Shown in pieces: positions 18,430-24,717 of a DNA stretch of 24,717 nt. This DNA comes from a virus. Taxonomy: Duplodnaviria; Heunggongvirae; Uroviricota; Caudoviricetes. Under the pieces are notes generated by a model, which was given only the letters and a program-made list of their open reading frames with translations, did not search any database and was not told the origin of the DNA. Location of the stretch: IMG/VR virus record IMGVR_UViG_3300011560_000039; one strand, written 5' to 3'. Numbering within the stretch: position 1 is the stretch's first letter; each line of letters starts with the position of its first letter. Both the position numbers and the translations under genes were made by a program.

Positions 18430-18757
18430 TGCCTCCANNNNNNNNNNNNNNNNNNNNNNNNNNNNNNNNNNNNNNNNNNNNNNNNNNNNNNNCCTTGCCA
18501 CTGTCGCCAGACAAATTAACCCGTACATCAAAGTCGATATACCGGAAACAACGCGCGGCGCTCTTTACTCATTCGTTTACAACGTGGGTGCTGGCAATTT
18601 CAGAACATCGACGCTTCTTCGCAAAATAAACCAGGGCGATATCAAAGGCGCATGTGATCAGCTACGTCGCTGGACATATGCTGGCGGTAAGCAATGGAAA
18701 GGTCTCATGACTCGTCGTGAGATTGAGCGTGAAATCTGTTTGTGGGGTCAGCAATGA
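18429..18757 (+). CDS. SAR endolysin (phage-21 R-type lysozyme), interrupted by an assembly gap; N-terminal part missing
   Basis: C-terminal 87 aa [27 protein letters not shown]...ICLWGQQ; expected ATG at 18429 (MPP...) overlaps the holin stop but is out of frame with the C-terminal segment across the N-run. Confidence 0.8.
18438..18492. other. Assembly gap (55 N)
   Basis: Run of N; the frame mismatch across it shows the true length is unknown. Confidence 0.99.
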
Positions 18758-19215
18758 ACAGAGTAACCGCGATTATCTCCGCTCTGGTTATCTGCATCGT
18801 CGTCTGCCTGTCATGGGGTGTTAATCATTACCGTGATAACGCCATCGCCTACAAAGAACAGCGCGACAAAAATGCCAGAGAACTGAAGCTGGCGAACGCG
18901 GCAATTACTGACATGCAGATGCGTCAGCGTGATGTTGCTGCGCTCGATGCAAAATACACGAAGGAGTTAGCTGATGCGAAAGCTGAAAATGATGCTCTGC
19001 GTGATGATGTTGCCGCTGGTCGTCGTCGGTTGCACATCAAAGCAGTCTGTCAGTCAGTGCGTGAAGCCACCACCGCCTCCGGCGTGGATAATGCAGCCTC
19101 CCCCCGACTGGCAGACACCGCTGAACGGGATTATTTCACCCTCAGAGAGAGGCTGATCACGATGCAAAAACAACTGGAAGGAACCCAGAAGTATATTAAT
19201 GAGCAGTGCAGATAG
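18754..19215 (+). CDS. i-spanin Rz, 153 aa
   Basis: N-terminal transmembrane segment and coiled-coil-like body; ATG overlaps the endolysin stop (ATGA). Confidence 0.85.
   Translation: MNRVTAIISALVICIVVCLSWGVNHYRDNAIAYKEQRDKNARELKLANAAITDMQMRQRDVAALDAKYTKELADAKAENDALRDDVAAGRRRLHIKAVCQSVREATTASGVDNAASPRLADTAERDYFTLRERLITMQKQLEGTQKYINEQCR
18974..19156 (+). CDS. o-spanin Rz1 lipoprotein embedded in Rz (+1 frame), 60 aa
   Basis: Lipobox VVVGC and a proline-rich body ([15 protein letters not shown]); entirely inside Rz. Confidence 0.85.
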   Translation: MRKLKMMLCVMMLPLVVVGCTSKQSVSQCVKPPPPPAWIMQPPPDWQTPLNGIISPSERG

Positions 19216-19246
19216 AGCTGCCCATATCGATGGGCAACTCATGCAA

Positions 19247-19540
19247 TTATTGTGAGCAATACACACGCGCTTCCAGCGGAGTATAAATGCCTAAAGTAAT
19301 AAAACCGAGCAATCCATTTACGAATGTTTGCTGGGTTTCTGTTTTAACAACATTTTCTGCGCCGCCACAAATTTTGGCTGCATCAACAGTTTTCTCCTGT
19401 CCAATTCCCGAAACGAAGAAATGATGGGTGATGGTTTCCTTTGGTGTTACTGCTGTCGGTTTGTTTCCAACAGTAAACGTCTGTTGAGCACATCCTGTAA
19501 TAAGCATTGCCAGAGCGGCAGAAAACAACATTTTTTTCAT
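19247..19540 (-). CDS. bor: Bor/Iss-family outer-membrane lipoprotein, 97 aa
   Basis: MKKMLFSAALAMLITGCAQQTFTV... with lipobox LITGC; opposite strand to the lysis genes, as for lambda bor. Confidence 0.85.
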   Translation of the reverse strand: MKKMLFSAALAMLITGCAQQTFTVGNKPTAVTPKETITHHFFVSGIGQEKTVDAAKICGGAENVVKTETQQTFVNGLLGFITLGIYTPLEARVYCSQ

Positions 19541-19984
19541 CTTATTATCCTGCATTGTTAAAAACGGCAGAATCCTATGTGACAACAATTAAACGATAGT
19601 TAAATGGATTGATGAAAATTAAAACTATATAGGTGGATGCTCAGCCTATTGGAGGAGGGGGGGGGCACTCAGAATCCTGTGGAATGAAATAAACCGCTCT
19701 ATCTGTTCATTACCCTTTTAGCAGCGCTGTATCGTCGCCGTATTCCCGCATTAACCATGACCGTAGCCCGACGGGGAATTCCTTCTGCGTGAGTGTGCGG
19801 GAATAATCAAAAACGATGCACACCGGGTTTTTACCGCGTTTATGGTTCGCGGGGGTGTCCCTCATGCTCGCCAGTCCTGTGCGGGGGTGGAAGAAACAGG
19901 ACGTGTATTCAGGTCTGTGTGACTGTGGTCGCAAGACTTTTGTCGTTCAGCTATTAAATCCCATTACGAAGTAGACCAGAACGG

Positions 19985-20200
19985 CCAACGGGTCCTTTCC
20001 GGCGATCCGACAGGTTACGGGGCGGCGACCTCGCGGGTTTTCGCTATTTATGAAAATTTTCCGGTTTAAGGCGTTTCCGTTCTTCTTCGTCATAACTTAA
20101 TGTTTTTATTTAAAATACCCTCTGAAAAGAAAGGAAACGACAGGTGCTGAAAGCGAGCTTTTTGGCCTCTGTCGTTTCCTTTCTCTGTTTTTGTCCGTGG
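19985..20200 (+). other. Lambda-type cos site in prophage configuration: cosN 12-nt cohesive end GGGCGGCGACCT at 20020-20031 and cosB R-elements CGTTTCC at 20072-20078, 20133-20139 (inverted) and 20173-20179
   Basis: ...CCGACAGGTTACG|GGGCGGCGACCTCGCGGGTTTTCGC... matches the recalled lambda right-end/left-end junction; directly upstream of nu1. Confidence 0.85.
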
Positions 20201-20208
20201 AATGAACA

Positions 20209-20728
20209 ATGGAAGTCAACAAAAAGCAGCTGGCTGACATTTTCGGTGCGAGTATCCGTACCATTCAGAACTGGCAGGAACAGGGAATGCCCGTTCTGCG
20301 AGGCGGTGGCAAGGGTAATGAGGTGCTTTATGACTCTGCCGCCGTCATAAAATGGTATGCCGAAAGGGATGCTGAAATTGAGAACGAAAAGCTGCGCCGG
20401 GAGGTTGAAGAACTGCGGCTGGCCAGCGAGGCAGATCTTCACCCCGGAACACTTGAATTTGAGCGCCATCGCCTGACTCGTGCTCAGGCGACGGCGCAGG
20501 AACTGAAAAATGCCAAAGAATCGGCTGAAGTGGTGGAAACCGCATTCTGTACTTTCGTGCTGTCGCGTATAGCAAGGGAAATATCCAGTATTCTCGACGG
20601 TATTCCTCTGTCGGTGCAGCGACGTTTTCCTGAGCTGGATAACCGGCATATTGATTTCCTGAAACGGGATATCATCAAAGCCATGAACAAAGCAGCCGCG
20701 CTGGATGAACTGATACCGGGGTTGCTGA

Positions 20729-20754
<26 letters not shown>
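20209..20754 (+). CDS. nu1: Terminase small subunit Nu1, 181 aa
   Basis: MEVNKKQLADIFGASIRTIQNWQEQGMPVLRGGGKGNEV... recalled as lambda Nu1, with a few substitutions. Confidence 0.95.
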
Positions 20755-24435
<3,681 letters not shown>

Positions 24436-24455
<20 letters not shown>

Positions 24456-24717
24456 TCTCCCGCATATTGCCAGCATGGCTTTTAATGAGCCGCTGATGCT
24501 TGAACCCGCCTATGCGCGGGTTTTCTTTTGTGCGCTTGCAGGCCAGCTTGGGATCAGCCGCCTGACGGATGCGGTGTCCGGTGACAGCCTGACTGCCGGA
24601 GAGGCACCCGCGACGCTGGCGTTATCCGGTGATGATGACGGACCACGACAGGCCCGCAGTTATCAGGTCATGAACGGCATCGCCGTGCTGCCGGTGTCCG
24701 GCACGCTGGTCAGCCGG
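24436..24717 (+). CDS. C: Head maturation protease/scaffold gpC, 5' part only (truncated by the window end); GTG start 20 nt before the B stop
   Basis: Hand-translated (V/M)TAELRNLPHIASMAFNEPLMLEPAYARVFFCALAGQ...; the overlap geometry matches the lambda B/C arrangement. Confidence 0.85.

Noticed and set aside
19710-19934. 74-aa minus-strand ORF between bor and cos
   Set aside because: No recognisable domain or RBS, and it lies in the cosQ-proximal non-coding end of the lambda-type module; left uncalled, though a small end-proximal gene cannot be excluded without a homology search.

Overview
This window reads as the attL-proximal ~25 kb of a mosaic lambdoid prophage of an enterobacterium (E. 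coli-like). From left to right: (1) a Rac-type early-left operon on the minus strand (intR, xis, ydaC, ralR/lar, recT, recE, racC, ydaE, kilR), with sieB, ydaF and ydaG; (2) the RacR repressor flanked by two near-identical inverted operator blocks, then the rightward ydaS-ydaT-ydaU-ydaV-ydaW replication/control genes; (3) a strongly AT-rich single-gene cargo (11756-13825) encoding a 689-aa P-loop NTPase with a C-terminal nuclease-like motif, with its own upstream palindrome and downstream terminator, followed by ~650 bp of non-coding DNA containing a GC-rich structured island; (4) nin-like genes and a Q-type late antiterminator with a tR'-like terminator; (5) a moron region with two tandem lipoproteins homologous to TolA C-terminal domain III; (6) a phage-21-type lysis cassette (pinholin with MKSM dual start, SAR endolysin interrupted by an N-run assembly gap, Rz/Rz1) and bor; (7) a lambda-type cos site joined in prophage configuration, followed by near-lambda-identical nu1, A, W, B and the start of C. 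The best candidate for an undescribed system is the AT-rich ATPase/nuclease cargo gene with its adjacent structured non-coding island; the TolA-mimic lipoprotein pair is the second. Gene names rest on recall of protein sequences and synteny, not on a database search; no similarity scores were computed.
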